Source of the DNA: Lama guanicoe
Taxonomy: Eukaryota
Length of the DNA: 64,000 nt
Direction: 5' to 3'
Assembly: GCA_013239625.1 (NCBI GenBank)
Contig: MU054212.1
Coordinates: forward strand, 992,001 to 1,056,000
Below the pieces are notes generated by a model that was not told the origin of the DNA, searched no databases, and worked only from the letters and a program-made list of their open reading frames with translations. Every line of letters begins with the position of its first letter. Position 1 is the first letter of the stretch. Shown here piece after piece: positions 13,856 through 25,472 of this stretch. The translations under genes were made by a program, and so were the position numbers.

Positions 13856-13985
13856 TTTTTTTTAATTTTCCTTTCCTTTTATTTATTTTTTAATTGAAGT
13901 ATAGTTGATTTACAATGTTGTATTCATTTCAGGTGTAGAGCAAAGTGATTCAGTTATACATATGTATATATATATTCTTTTTTGT
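13856..13985 (-). mobile_element. Short L1 3' terminus with poly(T)
   Basis: ttttaattgaagtatagttgatttacaatgttgt...aaagtgattcagttatacata. Confidence 0.75.
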
Positions 13986-14269
13986 ATTCTGGTATCACCC
14001 CTCTTTCTGTAAGTTAGGTCATTAATTCAAGTAAAGTATCTCTCATCTCATCACATTTTAAAAATTTGCTGCTTTATTTTAGAGCCATATTACAACTTAC
14101 ATCAGAAAGTAGATTCTTCATGTGGCCTATTTCGAAGAACTTTTTTTTTTCCCTGTGGACCCGCATTGGTTTTGCTAAATGAATCTTTTCGTATCACCAC
14201 CCGGTTTACCAAGTTGGCAACACTTACTCCAATTCCTAAAGTGAGACTGACTTTGTATTTTACTTTTAG

Positions 14270-14380
14270 AACCAGTTGCTTAACTACCGCTCCACCATTT
14301 CGAATCATGGATCAAAAATGGATGGCCTGGAAAAAGAACTGAGTAACTTGAATCATGAATTTGAAACTGTGCAAGAAAAG
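14270..14380 (+). CDS. LAMA3: Laminin alpha-3 exon 6 in window (coiled coil)
   Basis: tttag|AACCAG...GAAAAG|gtaat; NQLLNYRSTISNHGSKMDGLEKELSNLNHEFETVQEK. Confidence 0.95.
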
Positions 14381-14500
14381 GTAATGTGTTAGGTTAATAA
14401 TATTAACTTTGTTTTGGCAGGGAGGGGGGCTTTCAAAATATTGTTAGCTTTTTTCCCCCATCAACTTAATTTGTTCCTAATCAATTTGTTTTCCATATAG

Positions 14501-14612
14501 GTTCAAGTAAATTTCAGAAAAGCACAAACATTATATAACAACATTGATCGGACAACCCAAAGCGCAAAAGAGCTGGACACGAAGATTAAAAATGTCATCT
14601 GGAATGTGCAAG
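14501..14612 (+). CDS. LAMA3: Laminin alpha-3 exon 7 in window (coiled coil)
   Basis: atag|GTTCAA...CAAG|gtaag; VQVNFRKAQTLYNNIDRTTQSAKELDTKIKNVIWNVQ. Confidence 0.95.
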
Positions 14613-14831
14613 GTAAGAGTTACTCAGTCCAATTAAATATCTTTTACTTTGTAGCTTTTGTGGTGCACTGAAAGGATTTCCTGGTATGAGTCCAACATTA
14701 TAAAAAAGATGCTATAGTGATACTGGAAAACCAATATGAACCCTCCATAAAATCTCTGCCTTTTTTTTTTTTTTAAGTCATCTGCTGGAGCCCAGAATTC
14801 CCAGCTTAATAAACTGCTTGATGTTTTCCAG

Positions 14832-14999
14832 TTCTCCTGAAGCAGATCTCTGGGACAGATGGAGAAGGCAACAACGTGCCTTCGGGTGATTTTTCCAGAG
14901 AGCTGGCTGAAGCAGAGCGCATGATGAGGGAACTGAGGCGCCGAAGCTTTGGGAAGCACCTGAGAGAAGCAGAAGCTGAAAAAAGAGAGGCTCAGCTCT
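14832..14999 (+). CDS. LAMA3: Laminin alpha-3 exon 8 in window (168-nt symmetric exon)
   Basis: ttccag|TTCTC...CTCT|gtaag; LLKQISGTDGEGNNVPSGDFSRELAEAERMMRELRRRSFGKHLREAEAEKREAQL. Confidence 0.95.
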
Positions 15000-15959
15000 G
15001 TAAGGACCCTCCCAAATTCTTGCATCCAGTCCGTTCTAATTGGTTTGAAATACACTGTGCAAAGTGCAATTCTGAGTCCCCGGTGACAGGTAGAGGGGCT
15101 CCTTTCTACACATGTTACTGTTGGAGTATCATGCAGTGAAAATGGGGAGCCCCTCCAGGTTACCAGGGGGCTGTAGAAGACGACATCTTACCATCAAGAA
15201 AAAAAAAAGGGGTCTTCTAAAATATTAGACACTGATACCTCTTTTTCCTTTTTAACTGCATTTTTATTCTACTTTCATAGCTCTACCCAAGTTCTCATTA
15301 TATCATTTTTTTAATGGTCACTTTTCATCATTGGGGTTTTGAATCACACATTGATATTAGCACGATTTCCAAAAAAATTAAAAATGGATGTACTAGAAAT
15401 TAACTGAATATATCCAAAGGTTTGGATATGGGAAAATGCCTCATTAGCTCACAACTGTAAGAAATAATAGTTTGGTATATTTTTCCAGATGCTGATCTTT
15501 GTTCTCTGCTAAGATGATGCAGCCACTGTTTATATGGGATAGTAGCAGTTCTCGTGTAGCATTGGTATTGTTGAAATTTAATACTAATCTTGGCTTCTGC
15601 TGCAGAGAGACAGTAGTCGTGGTAGAAGAAGCATGTACTTTGTACTCTGCAGGTCAAGTTCAAGTCCCAAGGCTGAAACCTTGTCACCTAATTTCTCAGG
15701 CCCTCCATTTCCTTATCTGAAGTATGAGACTGATAATTACTGTTTCCATGTGGTTACCGTGAAAGTTAAATGGGACGATGTGTGCAATGGATAACCTAGC
15801 CTAACCTAACCTAAATGTTCGTTTCCCCTCCCATTCCCTTGCAAGTTCAAGGAAAACCGTGAAATGAGTAGATACTCAGTTCTCCTTTTGTAGTCTTTAT
15901 AACTTAACTTTGATATACTCATTTCTCAAATGGAAAACAAAAAAGGTGATGTGTTACAG

Positions 15960-16156
15960 TGCTAAACCGGATAAGGAGCTGGCTGGAAAACCAGCAGGTG
16001 GAGAACAACGGACTTGTTAAGAATATACGAGATTCTTTAAATGACTATGAAGCCAAACTCAGTGACCTCCGTGCCACGCTGCAAGAGGCAAGTGCCCAAG
16101 CCAAGCAGGCTGCCGGCCTCAACCGAGAAAACGAGAGGGCTTTGGAATCCATCAAG
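15960..16156 (+). CDS. LAMA3: Laminin alpha-3 exon 9 in window (coiled coil)
   Basis: ttacag|TGCTA...ATCAAG|gtgag; LNRIRSWLENQQVENNGLVKNIRDSLNDYEAKLSDLR...ESIK. Confidence 0.95.
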
Positions 16157-17376
16157 GTGAGTTCGCAGTCAGAATGTGCAGTTTCGTGAATGACAAGGAT
16201 GAGGGAGCAGGAGTCTTTATCATTAATAAGGTGGCAAAGCCAGGCACCTGTCTGTACATCTGGTCACACACACCTGTCTGCATAGCAAACCCTAATTACA
16301 CAGGCCTGTCTATATGGCAAACCCTAGTCAAACTCAGAGTGAGGCATTCATTGCAAAATCAAAGCAGTTTCTTCTCCTCAGTGGCCAGAAAACAGTCTGA
16401 TCTTAAACCACAGAGAAAGCAGAGCAAATTGCTTCACCCCTACCCATGGCTGACAGAGTCCTGGAGGAGTAATATTGCCAAGTAGAGGAGAAATTAAACT
16501 AATGTTGTTATAATTAATTCAAAGCATATAATGTATGTTTTAAATAACTGACTTTTTGTGTCCTGTATGTAAACATCATTACAAGAATCACCAACGAAGG
16601 CATTTTAAGCCATCATCTGCTTTATAGGCAATAAGTCAAAATACAGGCCACATGCAGGAGTTACAATGAGAATTTAAAGCTCAAGATTCTGTAGTTGTGT
16701 TTCAGTGGTGGACACTGTATGCTAAAACAGCAATAAAAGTGTGAGAGGCTGTGAAATGATAGTAAGGTCAAAGTGGAGTAAAATAGGACTGATGCCCCAA
16801 AAGAGGAATTTAGCACAAGAAAATGAGTAATATCTTAGCAGATGGTGATATGGTTAACTCCCGAAGCTTCCCCAGATACTAACACCACTGTTGGAAGTCA
16901 CTGATTATGCCAAGGGGCAGGGAGCAGGGTTCAGTTTTATGGGGCCCTGAGCTTTGGCAGCCTCCAGCCCAGCATTCCCAGGGCCTCCGTGCCTTCTTAC
17001 TGAAGCACTGGGACCAGCACGTAGAGTGTGCTGATGGCTGCTGCTGGCTTCCTTCGTTAAAACCCCTCGTTCTGACCCACTAACCCGAGCTTAATTATAC
17101 ATCCACCTCATTGGCCCAGCTGACCCCAGTGTAGAAACCTTCTCCAAGGTGACAACGACTGTTCTGTCAGCGTGTGGTTTGCAGAAACCGTGACAACGCA
17201 CCCACACTACAAATCGAAGTAATTTCTCCTGGCTTTGTAGTTGCCTCAGTGACCTTTAGGTTCATGAAAACATTCTGGCTCTGAAATTACTTCTATGGTG
17301 TCGTCCGAGGAGGGCGCCTGCGCCTTCCGACAGTACATCATGCCACTCAAGCCGACATTCTTTTTATTCTCTGCAG

Positions 17377-17493
17377 AGACAAGTTAAAGAAATGAACTCC
17401 CTCCAGAGTGACTTTGCCAAGCATCTGGCCACCGCAGACTCTTCCTTACTGCAGGCTAATGTTGTCTTGCAGCTGATGAGGAGAAGCCATGAG
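17377..17493 (+). CDS. LAMA3: Laminin alpha-3 exon 10 in window (coiled coil)
   Basis: tgcag|AGACAA...CATGAG|gtaga; RQVKEMNSLQSDFAKHLATADSSLLQANVVLQLMRRSHE. Confidence 0.95.
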
Positions 17494-18169
17494 GTAGAGG
17501 CAAAACTTGCTCTCTAGAAAATTGAAAAGCACTTAAATTATATTTCAAGGAAACTATGAGATAGGCCAACCAATTTTTTTTTCTCCAATATACGTCTTTT
17601 AGATGGAAGAAAATACCCCACAGTGTTAACAGTTGTTGTCCCTCAGGGGAGGGGTGAATGATATGTCTTCTTTATATCTCTCTGTATTACCTGATTTGCC
17701 TGCAATGAGCAAATGATAATTTTGTGACAAGCAAAAAAAATTGTGATGCTATTTTAAAAATATCAGGCATAACTTTATTAGCAGGAAATATTTAGGACTG
17801 ATAAAAGATAAAAAACAATATTTCTTAGCAGCCCATTGGGCATTTTGGAAATCTCTTTTGTGATCACTATTTCTAAATCAGAAAAAGTGTTTTGGTTTAG
17901 TATAACTATACACTAATGGTAATAGCGTGATTTTATAAAATTTATCAAAGCGGATACCCACCATATGGAAAATATTCCAAATGGTGGTGAAACTTGGGAG
18001 AATATTATCAGTGCCACTATCTGAAGTAACCAAGGATGAATGGGCTCAGAAAACAATTTCTTCTTGTTGCCTCCTGGAAACATGTCATTTATGACAGAGT
18101 TCAAGAAAATGGCATACACGGTGTTTGCTTAAATTGACAGTGTCTCTTGTTTACTTGGAAAAAAAATAG

Positions 18170-18324
18170 GAATATGAAAAATTAGCTGTCACTTTAAATG
18201 AAGCAAGACAGGAGCTAAATGACAAAGTGAGGGAACTTTCCAAATCGGCCAGCAAAGCATCCCTGGTGGAGGAGGCGGAAAAGCACGCGCAGTCTCTGCA
18301 GGAGCTGGCGAAGCAGCTGGAGGA
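18170..18324 (+). CDS. LAMA3: Laminin alpha-3 exon 11 in window (coiled coil)
   Basis: aatag|GAATAT...GAGGA|gtgag; EYEKLAVTLNEARQELNDKVRELSKSASKASLVEEAEKHAQSLQELAKQLE. Confidence 0.95.
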
Positions 18325-18583
18325 GTGAGTGGCGGCCTGGGGGGGGCCGACCCCAGGGCTGCTGGAGCCGGGGTGCGAGGGAAGGCCTCCCCGGGGGAGG
18401 GCCTCCGGACCAGGGCAGAGGGCGGCACAAAGGGGCTGATTCCAGGCCGCATGCTGGGGGCAGAGTGGTGGAGCTCGCAGCCTCAAGCCTTGGTTTCCCA
18501 AATGAATCGGGGAGGTTCGTGGGTGGGGGCTCGGCTGCAGGCCGATAGGGCTGCTGAGCCCTTCTCCCGGAACCATCTTCCAG

Positions 18584-18725
18584 GATCAAGAGGAACGCCA
18601 GTGGGGATGAGCTGGTGCGCTGTGCCGTGGACGCTGCCACCGCCTACGAGAACATCCTCAACGCAATCAAAGCGGCCGAGGACGCGGCCGACAAGGCCTC
18701 CAGCGCGTCCGAGTCTGCGCTCCAG
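18584..18725 (+). CDS. LAMA3: Laminin alpha-3 exon 12 in window (coiled coil)
   Basis: ttccag|GATC...CTCCAG|gtggg; IKRNASGDELVRCAVDAATAYENILNAIKAAEDAADKASSASESALQ. Confidence 0.95.
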
Positions 18726-19528
18726 GTGGGCGCCTGCCGCGGCTCCCCCTTGGGTGCACTCTGGAGACAACTCATTCTCCCGTTGTCTTTCCATGTGCCC
18801 CGAGGAGCAAAACAAGCATCACTTTAGATCAGAGTTTGTTGTATAGAATAGACTTGAACCTGCTCTTAGATCTTGGTCGTTTCTGTATTTACTTGGCTGT
18901 TTGATAAATGTAGCGCAGGTTTAAAAATCATTTGTAAAACCATATAGAAGTCACACTGATTATCGATTTTGAACCATGAAAGTATTCTTTCCTTCTTACC
19001 AGGAATGCTTTTATGCTGTGATTGAGTACTAACATTCACCAAAGAAGAGAGGTTTTTGTACACAATTTGATAACCATTTATTTCCTGTCATTTGTCTCTG
19101 GGTGTGTCTCTGGAGTCCTATGGGATCTTAAATGCACCATATAATATTCCTATATATAAACATAAAGAACATAGATTAACTATGAGAGAATTAGTGGACA
19201 AGCCTTCTTGGAAGGTTGAAGGCTTTTATCTCCTAAATATTAAAAGCCTAAAAGCAACTCAGCTCTGTCCTCCATTATTGCAGAGGGTGCTGTACAAGTG
19301 CCAGTGAGAAAATGAGAAAGTGTCACACCATTTGTCATTATGTCAGCAGAGATGCATCTGCCTCCCCAAGCCACAAATGTCTACCTAGAGCCCTAACCGT
19401 ACCTTTTAAGGAACAGCCTTTTTAAATCTCCTCCTTACCTCCTAACCTCTTTCTTTAAAGATTAAAGATGAGGGCTTTGGAGTCGGTGCGTATTACATGC
19501 TAATGGCTGATAAACGCTTTGCTTTCAG

Positions 19529-19631
19529 ACGGTGATAAAGGAAGATCTTCCAAGAAAAGCTAAAACCCTGAGTTCCAACAGCGACAAACTGTTAAACGAA
19601 GCCAAGATAACACAGAAGAAGCTACAGCAAG
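19529..19631 (+). CDS. LAMA3: Laminin alpha-3 exon 13 in window (coiled coil)
   Basis: ttcag|ACGGTG...CAAG|gtatt; TVIKEDLPRKAKTLSSNSDKLLNEAKITQKKLQQ. Confidence 0.95.
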
Positions 19632-20052
19632 GTATTGGGGGTGGGGTGGGGGCTGGGATAATCATGGGTTTGGAAACAACCTGGGAGACCAGGAGAGGCA
19701 GCACTAAAAGCAAACCTTCTTCTTGACTCTCAGTCCATGGAGATGATACTTTGTAAACCTGTGGTTTATTTTATAGATTTGATGTTTCCACCCAATATTG
19801 CAACATTATTAAGCCTCTTCCTTTCTTCACGTGCATTTCCAAAGAGCCTCATACACAAGCTCAGTATGCCCCTGGCCTCTGTGACTGGAGGAGCTGTGGG
19901 TCTGGGCACCTGCAGTGGGCATCTCGGGGATGATGCCTCAGATGCCGGTCTGCTCAGTGCTGTGTGGACCCTGGCTCCTCAGGCGCCACCAACACCAATG
20001 GAGGATCAGGATCATTAGAGTAATTGCCTCTCGCTGCTTTATTCTTTTCTAG

Positions 20053-20169
20053 AAATCAGTCCGGCTCTCAACAACCTACAGCAAACTCTGAAAATTATTA
20101 CAGTTCAGAAAGGGCTAATAGACACCAATCTCACAGCCATCCGCGATGATCTTCGTGGGATACAGAGAG
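20053..20169 (+). CDS. LAMA3: Laminin alpha-3 exon 14 in window (coiled coil)
   Basis: ttctag|AAATC...AGAG|gtcag; ISPALNNLQQTLKIITVQKGLIDTNLTAIRDDLRGIQR. Confidence 0.95.
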
Positions 20170-20252
20170 GTCAGCATCTCCCTTACCCGCTACACTTGGC
20201 TTCTTTGGTCGAACATTTTACATCCTTACACTTCCCCATTTGTGTGCATTAG

Positions 20253-20432
20253 ATGACATCGACGGTATAATCAGTGGTGCAAAGAGCATGGTCAGAAATG
20301 CCAACGACATCACTAACGAGGTTCTAGACGGGCTTGAGCCCATTCAGACAGATGTGGAAAAAATTAGGGACACCTATGAGCGCACACAGAGCGAAGACTT
20401 CAACAAGGCTCTCACTGACGCGAATAATTCAG
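20253..20432 (+). CDS. LAMA3: Laminin alpha-3 exon 15 in window (coiled coil)
   Basis: attag|ATGAC...TCAG|gtagc; DIDGIISGAKSMVRNANDITNEVLDGLEPIQTDVEKIRDTYERTQSEDFNKALTDANNS; preceded by an 83-nt intron. Confidence 0.95.
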
Positions 20433-20968
20433 GTAGCAGAGATTCTCTGGCCAGGACATAGTATCCGCTTTCCCCATCATTGTATGCTTTGGTCAGTTTT
20501 AATTATTCCCTGGTAAAGTCTGATCTTAGAAATTAAAATATTAGAAAATACGTAATATGTTCAAAGAGTGTGGCTGTTTTGTTATTTAAAAGGACCAAGT
20601 GGGATTTTTTAAAATTCATTAACATTGCTGTTGATTTTCCATTTTATAGAGTGGAGATATAGGTCCCTGAATCATGAGGAATTGAATTATAATTAATATT
20701 AAAGACTAAATAGCAAAGATTTATTTTTTTCTATAGTGGTCAAGAAAGATGATGTGATATCTAGATTGCAGAATAAAATCCATCTATCTGTATTTATATA
20801 GAAATATATATATTTCTATAACATTGAAAAGGTATTACCTGATTCTGAGTCATCCTGTCCAGTGTTTGGGACCCAAACATACCACTTGACAAGTACTATC
20901 AGAACATCTGTATTTAACCTTTTCTTAGCTCACAGTGTTAAATTTCTGTTTTGTAATCTCATCAACAG

Positions 20969-21111
20969 TAAAGAAATTAACCAACAAACTGCCTGATCTT
21001 TTGAGCAAGATTGAAAGTATTAACCAACAGCTGCTGCCACTGGGCAATATCTCCGACAATGTGGACCGCATACGAGAGCTAATTCAGCAGGCCAGAGATG
21101 CCGCGAATAAG
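20969..21111 (+). CDS. LAMA3: Laminin alpha-3 exon 16 in window (end of coiled coil)
   Basis: aacag|TAAAG...AATAAG|gtggg; KKLTNKLPDLLSKIESINQQLLPLGNISDNVDRIRELIQQARDAANK. Confidence 0.95.
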
Positions 21112-23034
21112 GTGGGTGTGTCCCCACGTTGCTGGGCACCCAGGCTCAGTCTTTGATAAGTTACCATATTCATTAAGAAAGAAAAGGTACCTATTCACTC
21201 AAGAACTGGTTGTCTTTCTTGCCCTAATTCTTTAGCTGCTCACACTGTGAAAGTTGATTTCCTCCTGTTGTCCTTCAAAAGTTCACATCACCCTCATCCC
21301 TTAAATGATCTGGACCTGGACCAGTTTCCTTCCCAGTTCTCCTCCAGGCCCCCATTGGTAAAGTGTTATTGCAAATTCAAGTAAGGGTTCTGTGATCAGA
21401 ATGTGCTGATGTGATACTGCACAAGACCTACTTTCTCTTTTTACCTTGAAATTTGTAGAATCCACCTTTATTGAGGATGGAGAGATAGTTCCTACCAACA
21501 TGGGCAGGGTTGTGAATAAGGGATTACAATGATTTTCTGTCATTGGAGCACTGATCCATCAGCCCTTCTAATTTTAACGTGACATTACTTACTTGAATTC
21601 CTAACACTTCTCCCTCACAATTTGTTTGATCCTAAAATAGTGTAAATTAAATATCTTATATTTTTCAGCCTCCTCCCCGTGAGGTATTTGGAGACAGAGG
21701 GTTAGAAAGCCAAGTCAGAATATCACTCCCCTGAGAGCACCATGGTTGATTTCTAGGCTCAATATTACTACTTTTGAGCCTCAAACCCTGCTGTTTCTTC
21801 TAGGGAAGAGAAGTGCTCCCAACATAAAACCTGTAGCAGAAAAACTCCCCTCTACCCACCCAGGCCTTATAAAAACCAAGTGAAAAAGAGTATGTTTCTA
21901 GCTTTTGCCTTTCTACATTCATTCGCTGATTTAGTGAACAAAATTCAAAGTGTATAATAGCACAGTGGTTTAGAGCTGATTAACCAAGGCAGGCGCTGTT
22001 GCCTACAAGAATAAGACTAGTTACAGTTTATAGATGGATGATATTTAGTAAAAGTATGGGAACACACGTGAGAAGCTACACATAGGAGTCCAAAGCCCAG
22101 GGCAGGAGTGACCTCCGAGAAGGAAGAGAGGGCTCGGAACAAGGTGGGATACGTGCTGGGCTTCAGTTATAGCAGTAAGTTTAATTTCTTGAAACAATGG
22201 TACATACGCAGGTGTGTTCTCCATCCTTTTTTTGTGTTCATAAAATCATTTCTTTATTCAAAAAATTTTTTAATGAGTTGGAGTTTTCCAGGTGCCGAGA
22301 AGCAGAGGGGCATTCCAGGAAAGACTCGGGCTGTATGGAGGGGTGGGCAGGGGAGGAGCAGAAGGCAGAGAATGAGCCCTGAGTGTCGGGGAGGGAGAGG
22401 CCACGGCTCCCACAGCACTGAGCCCCCTGGCTAGGGCCTTGCTTGTACCACATCCTCCATAAATACTTAAATGCTTGGGAGGTAAAATGTAGAGCTGATG
22501 TTCACTCCAAGAGTTCTCCTTTAGAGTGTTAGAGAATATTTATTTTCTTTGCTACCCAAGAGGGTCCACAGACCAGAGCTAGTCAGAGAACTTTTGTTAC
22601 TCATCCATTATATAGAAACAAAAAATTGAGAGTAGATGTTTAGAAACTTGCAATAATTTGAATTGCCTCAGCATCCAAGCATGGGATCAGTGGGCGTGTG
22701 TTTTGCATACCTTCTTTATTTCATTTTCTAGTAATTTAATTTTTCGTATATTTTGCAAAACTATTGGTCGAGGGCAGATTAGAGGGAAAAATGGTCCTTC
22801 CCCCTGAGTTTAAGAAGCACATTCTAGAGAGCCTGGATGCACCTATTTTTAAGGACTGAATGCCTGTAAGAAATGCAACCATAATATGTAACATGTTCAT
22901 GGGAAATGGTTTTTCAAAGAGTTCGTTTTTTAAAAATATTTTTGATGCATTATACTTCTCCTGTATGCCAGACATCATACTGCATGCTTCCATAAATGTT
23001 AGCTCATTTGCACAGAAACCTCCTAGCGTTAGAA

Positions 23035-23448
23035 AAATAATAATGATTATTATATTTATATAATATTAATATTATATAGTAATAGGGCTATAATACATAT
23101 TAATAGGGTTAACATAATATTAATAATATAACTGTTATTAATAATATTTTAAAGATAATATAGGGTTTTATATTTTAATATAATATATAATTAATAATAG
23201 GATTATAATATTAAATTAACCCTACTAGTATATATTATAACCCTATGATTACAATACACTATACTATGATAAATTATATGTTATATATAATGTACAACTC
23301 CATATTATCATAATATGTTAATATATTATTATTATTATAGTAATATCATTATCCTATTAATAGGGTTAATATAATATCAATATTATAACCACAATATGAT
23401 GATAATAATATATTATTCTTATTACTATAATATATAATTATATTATTA
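23035..23448. repeat. AT-rich low-complexity (TAA/TAT) tract
   Basis: About 410 bp almost entirely A/T, with recurring TAATAGGGTT- and AACCCTA-like units. Confidence 0.9.
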
Positions 23449-23723
23449 GCTGGCACAGAGAACTAAATGCACTTCCCAAGACCCACGGCTGATACGTAGG
23501 AAGCATGTGAACACTTTACCCCCAGCTCCCGAAGCAGCTGCGTGAGTTTAGAATCCAGGTCCAGGCGACACCACACTCCCTTGCTCCCTATTGTAACAAC
23601 TTGAGAAAGGCTGATATGTGGCTGAAAGAGCAGCCATGAAGTCACAAGCCACCGCTGTGAGCATGGCCACCTTGCCCCCGCCCGCTGTCTGCACGGCTGA
23701 CACCATGGATTTGTCTCTCCCAG

Positions 23724-23894
23724 GTCGCCGTCCCCATGAGGTTCAATGGTAAATCTGGAGTCGAAGTCCGGCTGCCAAACAACCTGGAAGATTTCAAAGG
23801 ATACACGTCTCTTTCTTTGTTTCTCCAAAGACCTGAATCCCCAGAAAACGGAGGGACGGAGAATATGTTTGTGATGTACCTCGGAAATAAAGAT
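23724..23894 (+). CDS. LAMA3: Laminin alpha-3 exon 17 in window (LG1)
   Basis: cccag|GTCGCC...AAAGAT|gtaag; VAVPMRFNGKSGVEVRLPNNLEDFKGYTSLSLFLQRP...YLGNKD. Confidence 0.95.
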
Positions 23895-25320
23895 GTAAGT
23901 ATTGCTGTGACTTTTCTCTTGTTTTTAAAGCAGAATGTGGTTTTTTGAGACACACGACACGACCATGTCACTGCCATTGGCACAGCAAGAGGAGGCCCCA
24001 GCACCACAGCAGCAGACCCCGGCACCTCTGAAGGCTCCACAGGTCATCATCTGCAGGGGTGGGGGGTCTGGAGGCCTTGCCCAAGGGGCCCAGCCCATGA
24101 GCACATGTGTGTGGACAGGCAAGCACGTGCACACCCGGGATACACACCCCCTGTCCCTCCGCCGGGGCAGCCACACTCAGGCTTCACGGAGACAAGATTC
24201 CTGACGGGGTTGTGGGTCTGTCCTCTTCGCCAGGACACCCAGCCGCAGACCCTTCCGAGTCTCTGTGGTGGGGACCATCTGGGAGCGAGGCCTGGAGTGA
24301 ATGCAGCCGCTCCTGCCTCATGAGTGAGAAATCCAGTTGCCCCATCTCTTGTAATTCTAAATTCTTTAAGCTGCCATCATCACAGGCGTTTTGAACTGTT
24401 CAATTTAGCTTTTAATCCCTCCTCTTAAAATCTCTCTCTTCCACTTAAGTGTCAGAGGGAAAAGGTAATCACTGACTGGTTATAAAACCCAGTTCTCGAA
24501 AATTCTGGGCAATGGGCAAACGGTTGGCTGTCACTAGTGGAGACGGTATTTAAGGATTCCTAAAATCAACATTGTTAGTGGCCACCCTTTCATGCTTCAA
24601 GGTATTGGCACTTTTATTTGTAACTTTCTTGTGACATGACTTTTTGCTTTGTATTATATGGCAAAATGCATGTTACTTTATTCCTTCAACAAATCTATAC
24701 CACGTACCTACTAGGTGCCACACCCTGTATTTAGAATAACCCAAAATTTATTTCTTGAATGTACTTAATGTACACTTAAAACTGGTTAAAATGGTAAATT
24801 TCATGTTATGTATATTTTACTACAATTTTTATAAATTTGGGGGTTTTTTGTTGTTAAGGGATGGTAAATCACATTCTAGCAGGGAAGGAAGATACATCTG
24901 TAACTGACGGTGACCACATAGGGTGCCACGTGTTAGAACAGGGATGCACAAGGTGTTAAGGGGACTTTGTGTGGCGCAGGGAAAACAAAAATGCCTTGTC
25001 TCCCATCCCAGCCTAAATCTAGAGGAGACCTGTGTCCAGTTCTGTTCATCTTTATGGCAAGTGCTTGGCAAATATTTGCAAATTGGGTGACTGGGGGAGT
25101 AAGTCAATGAGGGCACTTTTAACACAAGCAAAGTCAGCTCAGACACTGTTAGTTAACCATTCCATCTATGTTATCTTATGCCAGGAAGCACCTCATTCGT
25201 TCTGTCTGCCCAGGGCTGACTGAATAAAACCTGTTGGTCACTTGAAATGCACTCTCTTGGGGTTGGGAGTTGAGAGAGTACAGTATGTGAAGTGCTGTGA
25301 GGTGGCCTCTGTGTCTCCAG

Positions 25321-25472
25321 GCGTCCAAGGACTACATCGGCATGGCGGTGGTGGACGGCCAGCTCACGTGCGTCTACAACCTGGGAGAGCACGAGGCTGA
25401 GCTCCAAGTGGACCAGACCCTGACCAAGAGCGAAACTCAGGAGGCGGTGATGGACCGGGTGAAATTTCAGAG
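25321..25472 (+). CDS. LAMA3: Laminin alpha-3 exon 18 in window (LG1)
   Basis: tccag|GCGTCC...CAGAG|gtacg; ASKDYIGMAVVDGQLTCVYNLGEHEAELQVDQTLTKSETQEAVMDRVKFQ. Confidence 0.95.

Noticed and set aside
18151..18846. Stack of long overlapping ORFs on both strands
   Set aside because: Explained by high GC content and stop-poor alternative frames of exons 11-12
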